64,000 bases of DNA from a virus. Position 1 is the stretch's first letter, and the number at the start of each line of letters is the position of its first letter. The translations under genes and the position numbers were made by a program. Of this stretch, positions 16,943 through 26,831 are shown piece by piece. The notes below the pieces were generated by a model. The model was not told the origin of the DNA. It was given only the letters and a program-made list of their open reading frames with translations, and did not search any database. The stretch is taken from positions 1 through 64,000 of IMG/VR virus record IMGVR_UViG_3300037961_005010. One strand, 5' to 3'.

Positions 16943-17656
16943 TTAAAAAAAATCAGAAATATTCCTGATCATTAGCGAGTTATCATGACTACAGTGAGAA
17001 CATTTAAAGTTCACTTTCTTTTCAACTACTGGCATACCATCTAAGAAGTTCTTTAGTTTATCAAGCTGTTCCACACTCATTGATTCTATAAAAGCGTTCA
17101 CAGCATCTCTTGGTTCTTCTTTTACGTTTATTCTTTCTTCTTCAGTTAATATAGTATGCATACTGTCTGCAATCAAATCAAGCATTTTTTCTATTTCAGT
17201 TAGTTCAGTATCAAATATTTTGGTGCTATTGAGTGTACTTAACCAAGTTGGATATTTCATTTCAACTGAAACATTCTCTGTAAGTTCAATAACACCGTTT
17301 TCTGTAACTTTAGGTATTTCTATTTCATCTAAGTTTAAATCTAGTTCAGTATCTTTTTCACACTCTTCACAGGTTCCTATTACTTTAGATGTTTCTCCAA
17401 CAGATTTAGCTCTCACTTTAGTAAACATATATTCTACATCAAATAAAGTCAAATCATTTACGCTGAAGTTATCATCTATCACTGCGCTTAGTGTATCGAC
17501 CACGGCTCTTAATCCAGCTTTTACGTCTTTAGATTCATTAGCCATCATCAATATTTTTTCTTCTTTAACTAAGTATGGTCTAAATCTTACGTTTTGTTGT
17601 GTAGACGGTATAACGAGATCATACTTAGGTGTTTCATTCAATTTTGGTAGTGCCAT
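16943..17656 (-). CDS. gp26: Baseplate hub assembly protein (gp26-like)
   Basis: MALPKL..P.Y.L..PST, RPYLVKEEKIL, RAKSVGE, CxxC twice, ends DFF. Confidence 0.85.
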   Translation of the reverse strand: MALPKLNETPKYDLVIPSTQQNVRFRPYLVKEEKILMMANESKDVKAGLRAVVDTLSAVIDDNFSVNDLTLFDVEYMFTKVRAKSVGETSKVIGTCEECEKDTELDLNLDEIEIPKVTENGVIELTENVSVEMKYPTWLSTLNSTKIFDTELTEIEKMLDLIADSMHTILTEEERINVKEEPRDAVNAFIESMSVEQLDKLKNFLDGMPVVEKKVNFKCSHCSHDNSLMIRNISDFF

Positions 17657-17669
17657 GTTGTTGTTTTAG

Positions 17670-18197
17670 TTACCTCCAATTGCTATACGAAAGCTGGACA
17701 TTAATTTGTACTAATCCATTCTGTTCGCTTGTCAAATCTATTACGTTTAAAGTTGTAGGAAATGCTTCAAGCAGTTTAACTTCAGCTACAAGATTTTCTT
17801 CGTGATCTAATTGTTGCATAGTAACTGTTTCTGCATATTCGTTCTTATATCTTATTTCATATGAGTTTTGATTTAAAACTCTATTTTGCCAATCTTGAAA
17901 ATATCTTCTGATAGTGTATACATTATTCTCATAAAATGAAAGAGATACATCATCTTTCAAAAAACCTTGTGCCATCTTTTCGGACTTGATACCATATTGC
18001 CTGTCGTTAGTAGTTATTTGTCTACCAGGGAGCTGTGTAGCATTACACATTAAGTTTAAGATTCTTCCGTCTCTTTCACTAAAAGTATCTCCGCCTAAGT
18101 ACGCAGGTCGAGTTGGTAACTGTATCCTCCACAGATTATTTCTTGCTAATCCATAGCGAGCTGATATTGCGTTTTTAAAACTTTCTATTTGAAACAT
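17670..18197 (-). CDS. gp54: Baseplate tail-tube initiator (gp54-like, tube fold)
   Basis: GLARNN, C....LPG, F..WQ, L.EAFP, V..SY..W. Confidence 0.7.
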   Translation of the reverse strand: MFQIESFKNAISARYGLARNNLWRIQLPTRPAYLGGDTFSERDGRILNLMCNATQLPGRQITTNDRQYGIKSEKMAQGFLKDDVSLSFYENNVYTIRRYFQDWQNRVLNQNSYEIRYKNEYAETVTMQQLDHEENLVAEVKLLEAFPTTLNVIDLTSEQNGLVQINVQLSYSNWR

Positions 18198-18781
18198 TAG
18201 ACTGCTTTCCTAGAATCACTATAAACTTTAGTCTTAGAAGACTTTTGAAAATCAGCGGCAGGTAAGAAAGTAGCTATTTCCCATTCAGAAGGTGGGACAT
18301 AAGCAAATCTGCTTCTTACATGTTCATTTAAATAATGTTTATAGCATGGTTTAAAGTATTTCATTCTTGACGATCTTTTCAGCATGTTGTAGTTTAACAT
18401 AAATCTAGTAGATTCATCATATGTCATATTGTTTGTATTGTCCATTAGTGCATCTAAAAAACGAGCTCGAAGTAAAGGTGGAAGGTAATGAAGATTCAAA
18501 CCATAAAAACCACCTGGTGCTGAGTCAACTACAATAGCTAATGGAAAACTATCGTAATAAGGTAGAGTGCTTTTATTCTTAGGATCATAAAAGAACATGA
18601 ACATGCTACCAGGAACATTCCTGGCTTTTAGCTGAATTGGTTCTTCTCTCATCAAAGCAGCTCTGTTGTTAACAGATAATCTTTGAGCTTTTTGTCTAAA
18701 CCAATTTATAGACTGCCTTGTCCTAGGCTGTATTCCTGCTTTAAAAGCTTCTATCTCTAGTTGTTTAAATAAATTTGCCAT
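18197..18781 (-). CDS. gp2: DNA end protector protein
   Basis: FFYDPK.K.TLPYYD.FPL, GLNLHYL, CYKHYL. Confidence 0.92.
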   Translation of the reverse strand: MANLFKQLEIEAFKAGIQPRTRQSINWFRQKAQRLSVNNRAALMREEPIQLKARNVPGSMFMFFYDPKNKSTLPYYDSFPLAIVVDSAPGGFYGLNLHYLPPLLRARFLDALMDNTNNMTYDESTRFMLNYNMLKRSSRMKYFKPCYKHYLNEHVRSRFAYVPPSEWEIATFLPAADFQKSSKTKVYSDSRKAV

Positions 18782-18786
18782 GCTAT

Positions 18787-18794
18787 TATTTATA
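18787..18794 (-). promoter_or_regulatory. T4-type late promoter (TATAAATA)
   Basis: Exact consensus on the minus strand just upstream of gp2. Confidence 0.75.
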
Positions 18795-18796
18795 TG

Positions 18797-19282
18797 TTAT
18801 TTCTTCTTTTTCTTCTTTTTATATGGAGCGAGTGGTTTTAGGCCTTTAGGCTTTATGCCCATCTTCTCAAGAGTCTTTTCAGTCCATATCTGAAACTCCC
18901 AACCTCTATCTTTTGCAAAAGAGTTTGCTGCTTCCCACTTATTCATATTTTTTACATAAGTGAGTCCTTCGGTTATGTATCTTTTAGTTTGTTTTCCTGG
19001 ATATTTTGGAGGCTTTGTTTCTTTGTCTGGTTTTATTTCTATGAGAATAACTTTGCCAGTCTTAAACTTTACTTTTAAATCGACAAAATACCTATGATAC
19101 TTTTTATCTATTTCATAGTAATATGGTACAACTATTTCTTCAGAGCTCCATTCTGATATATTAGGATTCTCATCACACCATTTAAAGCAGTGACGTTCCC
19201 ACATTGATCTATAAATAACGTTAGATGGGTCGCCTCTATACTTCTTAATATTTTTGACTTTATATTTACCTTTATAGGTCAT
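18797..19282 (-). CDS. gp4: Head completion nuclease
   Basis: YKGKY..KN..KY.GDP..V.YRS.WE, WSSEE, HRYFVD, EIKP, N..KWEAA. Confidence 0.95.
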   Translation of the reverse strand: MTYKGKYKVKNIKKYRGDPSNVIYRSMWERHCFKWCDENPNISEWSSEEIVVPYYYEIDKKYHRYFVDLKVKFKTGKVILIEIKPDKETKPPKYPGKQTKRYITEGLTYVKNMNKWEAANSFAKDRGWEFQIWTEKTLEKMGIKPKGLKPLAPYKKKKKKK

Positions 19283-19290
19283 AATATCTT

Positions 19291-19321
19291 TATAAATAAT
19301 ACTAACACATTTCTATTTATT
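19291..19321. promoter_or_regulatory. Pair of late promoters for the divergent gp48 and gp4 genes
   Basis: TATAAATA (+) 19291-19298 towards gp48; AATAAATA (-) 19314-19321 towards gp4. Confidence 0.7.
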
Positions 19322-19333
19322 AAAGGTATTAAC

Positions 19334-20320
19334 ATGACGTTTGAACCAGACAGAAACATACCATATTATGCATATAACTATTACGGCAACTCTGATTTAG
19401 AGTTTCCATTAGTTGATCGAGATGAATATAAAGGAAGAGTCAAATTTCATGTTTATGAAACTAGACCACCTGAGTTCGAAAGATATGAAGACTTCAATGG
19501 TGTAGCTGTTCTTAGTGAAAAACAGCGGGAGGATTTTGAAAATTTTGAAGAAGCAGTTGGTAGTATAACCACAAGAGATAGAAACACTAGTAGAACTAAG
19601 CAAGGTGTTTCTAAAAGAAGAGACGTGCCAACTGGAAAAACATGTAGCATATATCTTCCTCAATCTGTTCAAATAACTGATGGAGTACAAATTGAGAATT
19701 TAGATCTAGGAGTAGTAGGAGCAGGTGTTGAAAGATTAGTAGGTTCTGGAACAGGCCCTATAGATGCTTTAATAAATGAAACAGGAAATGCTATAGCAAG
19801 CGTAGCAGATTTCTTGATGGCAAACGCTACGCAAGATACAGCTCGTGCAACAATGGCCAGACTTGCAGGTATGATACCTGGTGAAAAATATACAGGTGCA
19901 ATCCGATCTGCTTTAGCTACTACGCCTGCACCTAACACAAGAGCACTGTTTAAAGCAGTTAACTTACGAGAGTTTGCTTTTTCATTTAACTTCATACCTA
20001 AGACACAAAAAGAATCTGAAGAAATAAAAAAGATAATTAAATTCTTCAGATCAGAACTATATCCAGAATCAATCAGATCAGAAGGAAGTATTCCTTTAGG
20101 CTATAAGTTTCCAAACAAGTTTAAAATTTCTATTGAGTATGATGATAAACCAATTGCAACAGGGATCTTAAAGTCTTATCTAAGAAATTTTCAAGCGACT
20201 TATAACCCAAACAGTATGGCTATGTTTGAAACTGGAGACTTCCAAGAGATATCAATAACAATGAGTTTTGTAGAAGATAGAACTCTAGATAAAGACGATA
20301 TACTTAGCGGGAGATATTAA
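19334..20320 (+). CDS. gp48: Baseplate tail-tube cap
   Basis: IYLP, PN...LF....LREF.FSF.F.PK...ES..I..IIKFF, FP..F.I, ..SF.E. Confidence 0.85.
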   Translation: MTFEPDRNIPYYAYNYYGNSDLEFPLVDRDEYKGRVKFHVYETRPPEFERYEDFNGVAVLSEKQREDFENFEEAVGSITTRDRNTSRTKQGVSKRRDVPTGKTCSIYLPQSVQITDGVQIENLDLGVVGAGVERLVGSGTGPIDALINETGNAIASVADFLMANATQDTARATMARLAGMIPGEKYTGAIRSALATTPAPNTRALFKAVNLREFAFSFNFIPKTQKESEEIKKIIKFFRSELYPESIRSEGSIPLGYKFPNKFKISIEYDDKPIATGILKSYLRNFQATYNPNSMAMFETGDFQEISITMSFVEDRTLDKDDILSGRY

Positions 20321-21039
20321 TGCCTTATTTTATAAATTTTCCAGAAGTAGCGTATAAGTTTGGAAACGAATCAACTTTTAATGCTATTGAAAATATCGCA
20401 TCTTATGTAGACGTAATAGATTCTATAAAAGACCAATCAAGCTTTTATATAAAATATACAATATTAGATGGTGAGAGACCTGACATTTTATCTGAAAAAA
20501 TATATGGAACCTCTCGCTATTATTGGACATTTTATGCTATGAATGATAATATACGTAGACAAGGATGGCCTTTACCATATTCAGACTTATTGGCTAAAGC
20601 ACAGTTTGATTATCCTAACACCACAGTAGTAACAAGAAGTTTGATATTTGATAAGTTTGAAGTAGGAGATACAGTTTCTGGAAATACATCAGGAGCTCAA
20701 GGTACAATTTTAAGACGTAATCTAGATCTAGGTCAGATTATTGTTAAAGTGACTAACAATAAATCTTTTCAAGATAGTGAGATAATAACTGATGGAACTG
20801 ATACAGTTACAGTTCAATCATCATCAGCAGAACATCTATCAGCTCATCACTATGAAAACTCAGATGGAATAGTAGTAGATATAGATCCAGAAAATGGACC
20901 AGGTGGTTTATTAACCGAGGTGACTTATTTAGATAAGTACATTGAAGCTAATGATAACTTAAAAGAAATAAGAGTAATAAAACCAGAAAATATAAATCAA
21001 GTCGCTAGAGTATTTAAAGAGGCTCTAACAAGTGCCTAG
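20320..21039 (+). CDS. gp53: Baseplate wedge subunit
   Basis: YF..FP, Y.I.DGERPD.LS.KIYG...YYW, HHYE, ND..KEI.VIKP. Confidence 0.88.
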   Translation: MPYFINFPEVAYKFGNESTFNAIENIASYVDVIDSIKDQSSFYIKYTILDGERPDILSEKIYGTSRYYWTFYAMNDNIRRQGWPLPYSDLLAKAQFDYPNTTVVTRSLIFDKFEVGDTVSGNTSGAQGTILRRNLDLGQIIVKVTNNKSFQDSEIITDGTDTVTVQSSSAEHLSAHHYENSDGIVVDIDPENGPGGLLTEVTYLDKYIEANDNLKEIRVIKPENINQVARVFKEALTSA

Positions 21040-22369
21040 TCAACAACAAAATACGACCTCACCCTTTGATTTTGTTATTGAAGAGGTTACGATAACTGCA
21101 GATAGGTATGACTTTAAAGTCAATCTACACAGAGTTATAAGTGAAATAAATCTATATGAACATGTAGATAAACCATTTATAACAGGAAATATATTTTTTA
21201 AAGACAATGATAATCTTTTTAATGAAATAAACTGGCTTGGAACTGAAAAAGTTAGAATAGTATTGAGAACAGATGAAAATTCTTCATATGTTATGACTAA
21301 GGATTTCAGAGTAGAGAGAGTTAATCTAGGCGTAAAAACAAACGATAATACAGAAGCTTTTGTTATAGACATTGTAGAAGATCATGCATATCTTTCATCT
21401 CTCATAAATGTACAACAATCATATGAAGGATATCACGGCGAAATAATAGAACAAATATTAGACGACCATCTAAACAGAAAACTCCTGTATAAACCGGAAA
21501 CAGGTTTTAAAAAAGTTAGAACTATTGTTCCTAATTTAACTCCTTTGCAGGCTGCTAATTGGATTAAAGATGCTGCGCCAAATGCTTTTGGATCTCCGTA
21601 TTATCTTTTCTCAACTTTAACTGATAATTTTTTAAGACTTATAGATTTAGAAACTGTACTAGAAAATACTGCTATACATGGCGATAGGAAGTACATACAC
21701 TCTTTAACCTTTGGTCCTAACGTTTTATCTGATCAATATGATGAGATAGATGAAAGTTTTGTAATACAAGCTATGAAAACTGCTAACGTAAATGATTTAT
21801 TAAAGCTCGTAAGAAGAGGTTTTGTATCTGGAAAATTTACTTTTTTTGATATATTAAATGGTGATCGTTGGCAGGTTGAACATGATATAACTGAAACTTT
21901 TAATAGTATGATTGCTCGAAATGCTCTGTCTTCTTCTAAAGGCACCATAGATCCAATTTTCGATGAAGATGCTGGAATACAGGATTTTATGTCTAGAGAT
22001 TTAGATTACATATCTAACAGTCGAATATACACCGATTGGAATGACTTTAGTAGTTATCACGAAGGAAATGAACAATCATACTACAAGCAAAGAGTAACCC
22101 AACATGCTCTTAGACACTTTTTATTGAAGGCTCCAATAGATATCAATGTGCCTGGTAAAAACTTTTTAAGATCAGATAGAAATGTTTCTATTGGAAATAA
22201 AATTAATATTGAGTTTAGAATGTATGAAGAACAGCGCGGAGAAATGATAGACTATAAAAGATCAGGTGAATATTTTGTATATGCAGCCAGGCATAACTTT
22301 CAATCTAATAGATACACAGCAAACTTAAAGTGTGCTAAACTTGGTCAAGGAGTAGGGGTGGAAAGATGA
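21032..22369 (+). CDS. Baseplate hub protein (gp27-like position)
   Basis: Between gp53 and gp5; I.LYE.V.KP.ITG, I.VPG, SG.Y.V....H.F. Confidence 0.6.
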   Translation: MPSQQQNTTSPFDFVIEEVTITADRYDFKVNLHRVISEINLYEHVDKPFITGNIFFKDNDNLFNEINWLGTEKVRIVLRTDENSSYVMTKDFRVERVNLGVKTNDNTEAFVIDIVEDHAYLSSLINVQQSYEGYHGEIIEQILDDHLNRKLLYKPETGFKKVRTIVPNLTPLQAANWIKDAAPNAFGSPYYLFSTLTDNFLRLIDLETVLENTAIHGDRKYIHSLTFGPNVLSDQYDEIDESFVIQAMKTANVNDLLKLVRRGFVSGKFTFFDILNGDRWQVEHDITETFNSMIARNALSSSKGTIDPIFDEDAGIQDFMSRDLDYISNSRIYTDWNDFSSYHEGNEQSYYKQRVTQHALRHFLLKAPIDINVPGKNFLRSDRNVSIGNKINIEFRMYEEQRGEMIDYKRSGEYFVYAARHNFQSNRYTANLKCAKLGQGVGVER

Positions 22370-23250
22370 TGAAAGCTTTGAATCATGACTATTATGGCGA
22401 GGAGTTTCATTGGTTTCTAGGTAAAGTCACTAGTGATTCAGACCCTGAACATTTAGGTAGAGTACAGATCAGAGTGTATGGTGTGCACTCTCAGGATAGA
22501 ACATTATTACCAGATCATCATCTACCTTGGGCACAATGTTTAATTCCATCTACTGAAGGAGGAATTTCAGGAATAGGCCATCACGCTAAAATACTTCCTG
22601 GTGCTTTAGTGTTTGGTTTTTTCATGGATGGTAAGTCATCACAGGTTCCATTTGTATTAGGATCCATACATCATAAAGAGTATGGAGTAATGAATCAGAG
22701 CGAAGTTGAAAATTTAGAACAAAGACCAAATGAGTTCGATCCTAGAACTCCTTTATTTGAATCAAATCCTGTAGGATCTAATATAGACGATAATTTAGTA
22801 GGCGATAGCAATGCTGAAAAGATATTTAATTTCTTTACTTGTAATGGGTTTACTGCATATCAAGCAGCAGGATTTGTAGGAAACTTTTATGCAGAATCTA
22901 GCTTAGATCCAAAAAAAGTAAACCCTAACGATAAGGGAGAAAAGTCTGAAGGTTTAGCACAGTGGCGAGCCGATAGAAGAGAAAGACTTATTTCATATTC
23001 AAAAGAGTATAACTTACCGTATGACTCTTTAACAGCACAACTGAATTATGTACTCCATGAACTTGACAGTACAGAAAATAATGCGCTAGGAGAGATTAAA
23101 TCTTCTGGCACAGTTAAGGATGCAGCAACTGCGATTTGTAGATTTTATGAAAGGCCAGAGTTTAGAATAGTAAAAGGTGTATACACCTCTTCTAGTTTAG
23201 ATACAAGAGTAAACTCAGCTATAGACACATATAGAAGGTTTGCAAGATGA
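22366..23250 (+). CDS. gp5: gp5 N-terminal OB-fold fused to phage tail lysozyme domain
   Basis: WF.G.V...DPE.LGRV..R..G.H, LPWA, GFFMDG..Q.P.VLG; C-terminal AAG.VGN..AES, GLAQW, QL.YV..EL. Confidence 0.85.
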   Translation: MMKALNHDYYGEEFHWFLGKVTSDSDPEHLGRVQIRVYGVHSQDRTLLPDHHLPWAQCLIPSTEGGISGIGHHAKILPGALVFGFFMDGKSSQVPFVLGSIHHKEYGVMNQSEVENLEQRPNEFDPRTPLFESNPVGSNIDDNLVGDSNAEKIFNFFTCNGFTAYQAAGFVGNFYAESSLDPKKVNPNDKGEKSEGLAQWRADRRERLISYSKEYNLPYDSLTAQLNYVLHELDSTENNALGEIKSSGTVKDAATAICRFYERPEFRIVKGVYTSSSLDTRVNSAIDTYRRFAR

Positions 23251-24773
23251 TTAACGTAAAAATATCAATTTCAAGTTTGTTAGTAAACGAGTTATTGTCA
23301 AATGTGTTTGCTGTTGCTGAAGTTGGAAGATTTAAGATTCAGATAAACACCTCTACCAGAAAATATTCTGCTACAAGAAGAACTACTTTAGCTCAAACTT
23401 CTGGTCAGGTTGTAAATGGATTTCTTGGAATAAGCCAAACTAGAGATAACTTAGGTGTAGGAATAGAAACGTTTACACCTATTGTAAGGCCAACTACTAG
23501 CGTTCCTCAAGTAGGATCTCTTTTAATTGGAAACGTTTCTAATAGTTCTTCACTAGGTAATATAACTGGAGGAACTGTAGGAAATGGTGACTTAAATGAA
23601 GTAATTATGTCAGGATCGCCAAGATCAATTAAAACAGTTTTGACAGATGTAACAGGAACTAAGCCAAACTACTCTTCTGTAGTTGAAAGTACAGTTCCAA
23701 CAGATCTTCAAGATGTTGGGGAAGAATCTTATAATCAAATAGATGAAACTAATAACGGTGATACTACTGCAATAATTAATAATGTACAAACAGATATTCA
23801 AAGTTTTGGCTCATCGTTAGATAATTCAGTTGATAAAAAAGGAAGTGGTCTTTTAGATAACGTGGCTTTAGTTGGAAATGATTATGTAGAAACTGAAATA
23901 CGAAGTGTAACTCTTCCAGAAATTCCTCAAGAAATTATAACCGAAAGCACTACTAGTATAATTGTAGATAAAAAACCTGTAGATGCAATTGAGAAGATTA
24001 CTCCTTATAAAAGACCTGATGTTACTGTAGAAGAATTAGAAGATACGATAGTCAATATACCAACATCACCTAGTACTACAATAACTACATTTTCTCCAGA
24101 GACAGATGATTTTGGATCTACTACAGAAGAAATTAAAGAAGTAAATCCTAGCTCACCTCAACTATGGGAAGGAAGAAATACTGATTTGACAACTTATAAG
24201 TTCACAGAAGTTTCTTCTGTAGAAGAACTTGTAGCAGAATTCAGAGGTATGACTAGAGAAGTAACAGAGTTTGTTTTACATTGGACTGCTCATTTCAATA
24301 ATCAAGGTCATATTGGTGCTAAGGAAATCCATGAGATAGCTATTCAAAATCAAAAAGTAAAGTTTGATGGGTGTATGTATCACTATATAATAAAAAAGAA
24401 TGGCGTTATTGAAAGAGGAAGGCCTGTTAATATAAAAGGTGCGCACACTTTAAATGGTCATAACAATTTAAGCATTGCAGTAGCTTTTGTTGCAGGTTAT
24501 AATTGTAATAGCGGGAACTCAAATTACAAAAGTTTTATTAGTGCAGAGTCTATAACTCAAGCACAATACAATTCTTTTAATAATTGGTGCAAAGCATTCT
24601 ATGCAGTTTGGCCTGGAGGACAAGCTTTTGGTCATAATGACACTGATCCTGGAAGAAAAGTAGATCCTGGTTTTAATGTACCTGAATACGTAAAAACTAA
24701 ATTCTCTAAAGAAAACGTAATAGCTGCATCTCAAGGACCACTAACATCTCAACAGCTAACACTAATAGCTTAG
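23247..24773 (+). CDS. Virion protein with C-terminal N-acetylmuramoyl-L-alanine amidase (Amidase_2, T7-lysozyme-like)
   Basis: VLHWTA, YHYII, IERGRP...GAH, GHND, DPGF. Confidence 0.8.
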   Translation: MINVKISISSLLVNELLSNVFAVAEVGRFKIQINTSTRKYSATRRTTLAQTSGQVVNGFLGISQTRDNLGVGIETFTPIVRPTTSVPQVGSLLIGNVSNSSSLGNITGGTVGNGDLNEVIMSGSPRSIKTVLTDVTGTKPNYSSVVESTVPTDLQDVGEESYNQIDETNNGDTTAIINNVQTDIQSFGSSLDNSVDKKGSGLLDNVALVGNDYVETEIRSVTLPEIPQEIITESTTSIIVDKKPVDAIEKITPYKRPDVTVEELEDTIVNIPTSPSTTITTFSPETDDFGSTTEEIKEVNPSSPQLWEGRNTDLTTYKFTEVSSVEELVAEFRGMTREVTEFVLHWTAHFNNQGHIGAKEIHEIAIQNQKVKFDGCMYHYIIKKNGVIERGRPVNIKGAHTLNGHNNLSIAVAFVAGYNCNSGNSNYKSFISAESITQAQYNSFNNWCKAFYAVWPGGQAFGHNDTDPGRKVDPGFNVPEYVKTKFSKENVIAASQGPLTSQQLTLIA

Positions 24774-24782
24774 GAAGAAATC

Positions 24783-26810
24783 ATGGCAGAAGAAAATGAA
24801 GAAGACTTAACACTTGAACAACAATACGCTGCGTATGGCCAAGGGCGTATTAATTCTTTAGGTGTGACTGATAAAAATAATGTTGATCCATCATTAGAGT
24901 ATCCTAAGTATTCTAATGAATCCTCTGTTAATAGAGTAGCAAGAGGAGTTGGAATCAATAATTTAGATTTAAAGATTGGTCAACAAGGTGTTCCTTTAAA
25001 TGTTTCTCAAAAAGTTGGAACAATTTATCAAAGAGCAAAGATAGATGAAACTCCTTCCGGTCACGTAATAGAATTGAATGATACTCCAGCTGGAGAAAGA
25101 ATACTGATAAAACATAACACTGGAGCAGGTTTTGATATTAGACCGGACGGCGCTATAGTCACAAGTGCTAAGACAGACCAAGTTCAAGTAGTAGGAGCTG
25201 ATTACCATTTGGTAGTAGGCGGAGATGGAAAGCTTACTTATCACGGAAATTTAGATCTAAATGTTACAGGCGATTTGAATATGACAGTAGGCGGAAATTT
25301 CATATTCAAAGTTAAAGGTTCAATTGTAGCAGATGTACTTGGTTCTGTTACTAAAAAAGTTGTAGGGAATGTAAGAGAAACTATAAAAGGAATTTACCAG
25401 TCTATAAGATTAGGACAAACACTTCAAATTACTCTAGGTGGCTTTAGTAATTACGTTAAAGGAAGTTTTAAACAATTAATTCACGGAACTGCTGCTTACA
25501 ACCATAAGAACGACGTCAATTTCACAGGTGCTGAAGATCTGGATTTATCTGCAAATAGTGTTAACATTGCTGGTAGATCAATGTCAGTGTTTGGAGATAC
25601 CGGTACAATCGGCGGTGAAAACATAATAATGTACAATTACAACATGCATACGAAAAAAACAGTTTGGACTGAAACTATAGATGCTACAGCTGCTTATGCA
25701 AATACATTTCATGGCAGCTTGAACGGAACTGCAAATTTTTCTAAGAAAGCTGCAGTGGCAAGTGGTAAGTCTACAGGAGGTGTTCCTGGCCCAACTATTA
25801 ATTCTACTGCTAAAGATACTACTGCTACGGCTCTTCCAACTGGAATACTATTAAATGATTACTTAGATAATTCTAGTAAAGGCGTTAGAAAAGTAAACAT
25901 TGATGGTGATAGTGGAATAGCTAAAAGTATTGATCTGTCTTCTTTTAACGGTGATGTCATAGATAGAGATTTAGATCCAAGAGAAGTAAGAGCTAGGATG
26001 AAAGATCCAGCTAACTTAAACAACACAACGTTTGTTTCAAATCAAATATCAGAAGGTAAATTAAATCCTTCTTTTAAAAATTCAGCTCCTGGTGAAGTTG
26101 CTAGAGTTGTTACAACTCTTTCAACTACAAATGTAGGACAGACTGCGATTGGAAAGAATGATGATTATTGCAAAATGAGATACAGACAATCTCCTGGACT
26201 ATTAAAAGCAGGAACTTTTGATTTTGTAGTTGATCCTAAGTATAACCCCAACAACCTAACAGAAATAAATTCTAAAACAAGATTGCATAAAAACATACCA
26301 CTAGCAAGATTCTTAGGCGGTGAGGGTGACGCTCATAATTTAAATCATGTAACTGAACTAAGCACTAAAAAACAAATCGCAAGAAATTTAATTCTACAAG
26401 CAAATATAATGTCTTACTTCAATGATTTAGAATCAATGAATGGTTTTAACTTAGTAGTTTCTGAAGGACTGTACAAACCTTACGTAAGAGAAGTCATAAC
26501 TTCCGGCAGTGTTTTAGACTATCGATCTTCTGGTAGAGCTGTAGCTTATGAAATGTATCAGAACTCTACAGGTTTAGAATCTTTTGATAAGTTATTTGAA
26601 TTCGCTGAACTTGTAAAAGATTCATTTCAATATCAAGAGTTATCTTTAAGATATGATGAGTTCGATCCAAAAGATAGTGGTAAGTCTGCTCAACTGGTTA
26701 TTATCATGCCAGAAATGCCAGAAACTTTTACAGCAAACTATGATAGAAAATTAAGTACGTACTATAATGAAAATCTACAGAGTGACGAAGCTTTGGTAGA
26801 ATTGGTATAA
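24783..26810 (+). CDS. gp5: gp5 C-terminal part (spike beta-helix) with extra C-terminal domain
   Basis: ETPSGHVIELNDTPAGERI...H.TG followed by VxGD/N beta-helix repeats. Confidence 0.8.
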   Translation: MAEENEEDLTLEQQYAAYGQGRINSLGVTDKNNVDPSLEYPKYSNESSVNRVARGVGINNLDLKIGQQGVPLNVSQKVGTIYQRAKIDETPSGHVIELNDTPAGERILIKHNTGAGFDIRPDGAIVTSAKTDQVQVVGADYHLVVGGDGKLTYHGNLDLNVTGDLNMTVGGNFIFKVKGSIVADVLGSVTKKVVGNVRETIKGIYQSIRLGQTLQITLGGFSNYVKGSFKQLIHGTAAYNHKNDVNFTGAEDLDLSANSVNIAGRSMSVFGDTGTIGGENIIMYNYNMHTKKTVWTETIDATAAYANTFHGSLNGTANFSKKAAVASGKSTGGVPGPTINSTAKDTTATALPTGILLNDYLDNSSKGVRKVNIDGDSGIAKSIDLSSFNGDVIDRDLDPREVRARMKDPANLNNTTFVSNQISEGKLNPSFKNSAPGEVARVVTTLSTTNVGQTAIGKNDDYCKMRYRQSPGLLKAGTFDFVVDPKYNPNNLTEINSKTRLHKNIPLARFLGGEGDAHNLNHVTELSTKKQIARNLILQANIMSYFNDLESMNGFNLVVSEGLYKPYVREVITSGSVLDYRSSGRAVAYEMYQNSTGLESFDKLFEFAELVKDSFQYQELSLRYDEFDPKDSGKSAQLVIIMPEMPETFTANYDRKLSTYYNENLQSDEALVELV

Positions 26811-26813
26811 ATA
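26806..26813 (+). promoter_or_regulatory. T4-type late promoter
   Basis: TATAAATA upstream of gp25. Confidence 0.75.
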
Positions 26814-26831
26814 AAGTAAAAAGAGTTTAAG

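Noticed and set aside
18797-19282. Homing endonuclease or TnsA-type transposase
   Set aside because: The PD-(D/E)xK motif and position next to gp2 identify it as the core head-completion protein gp4.
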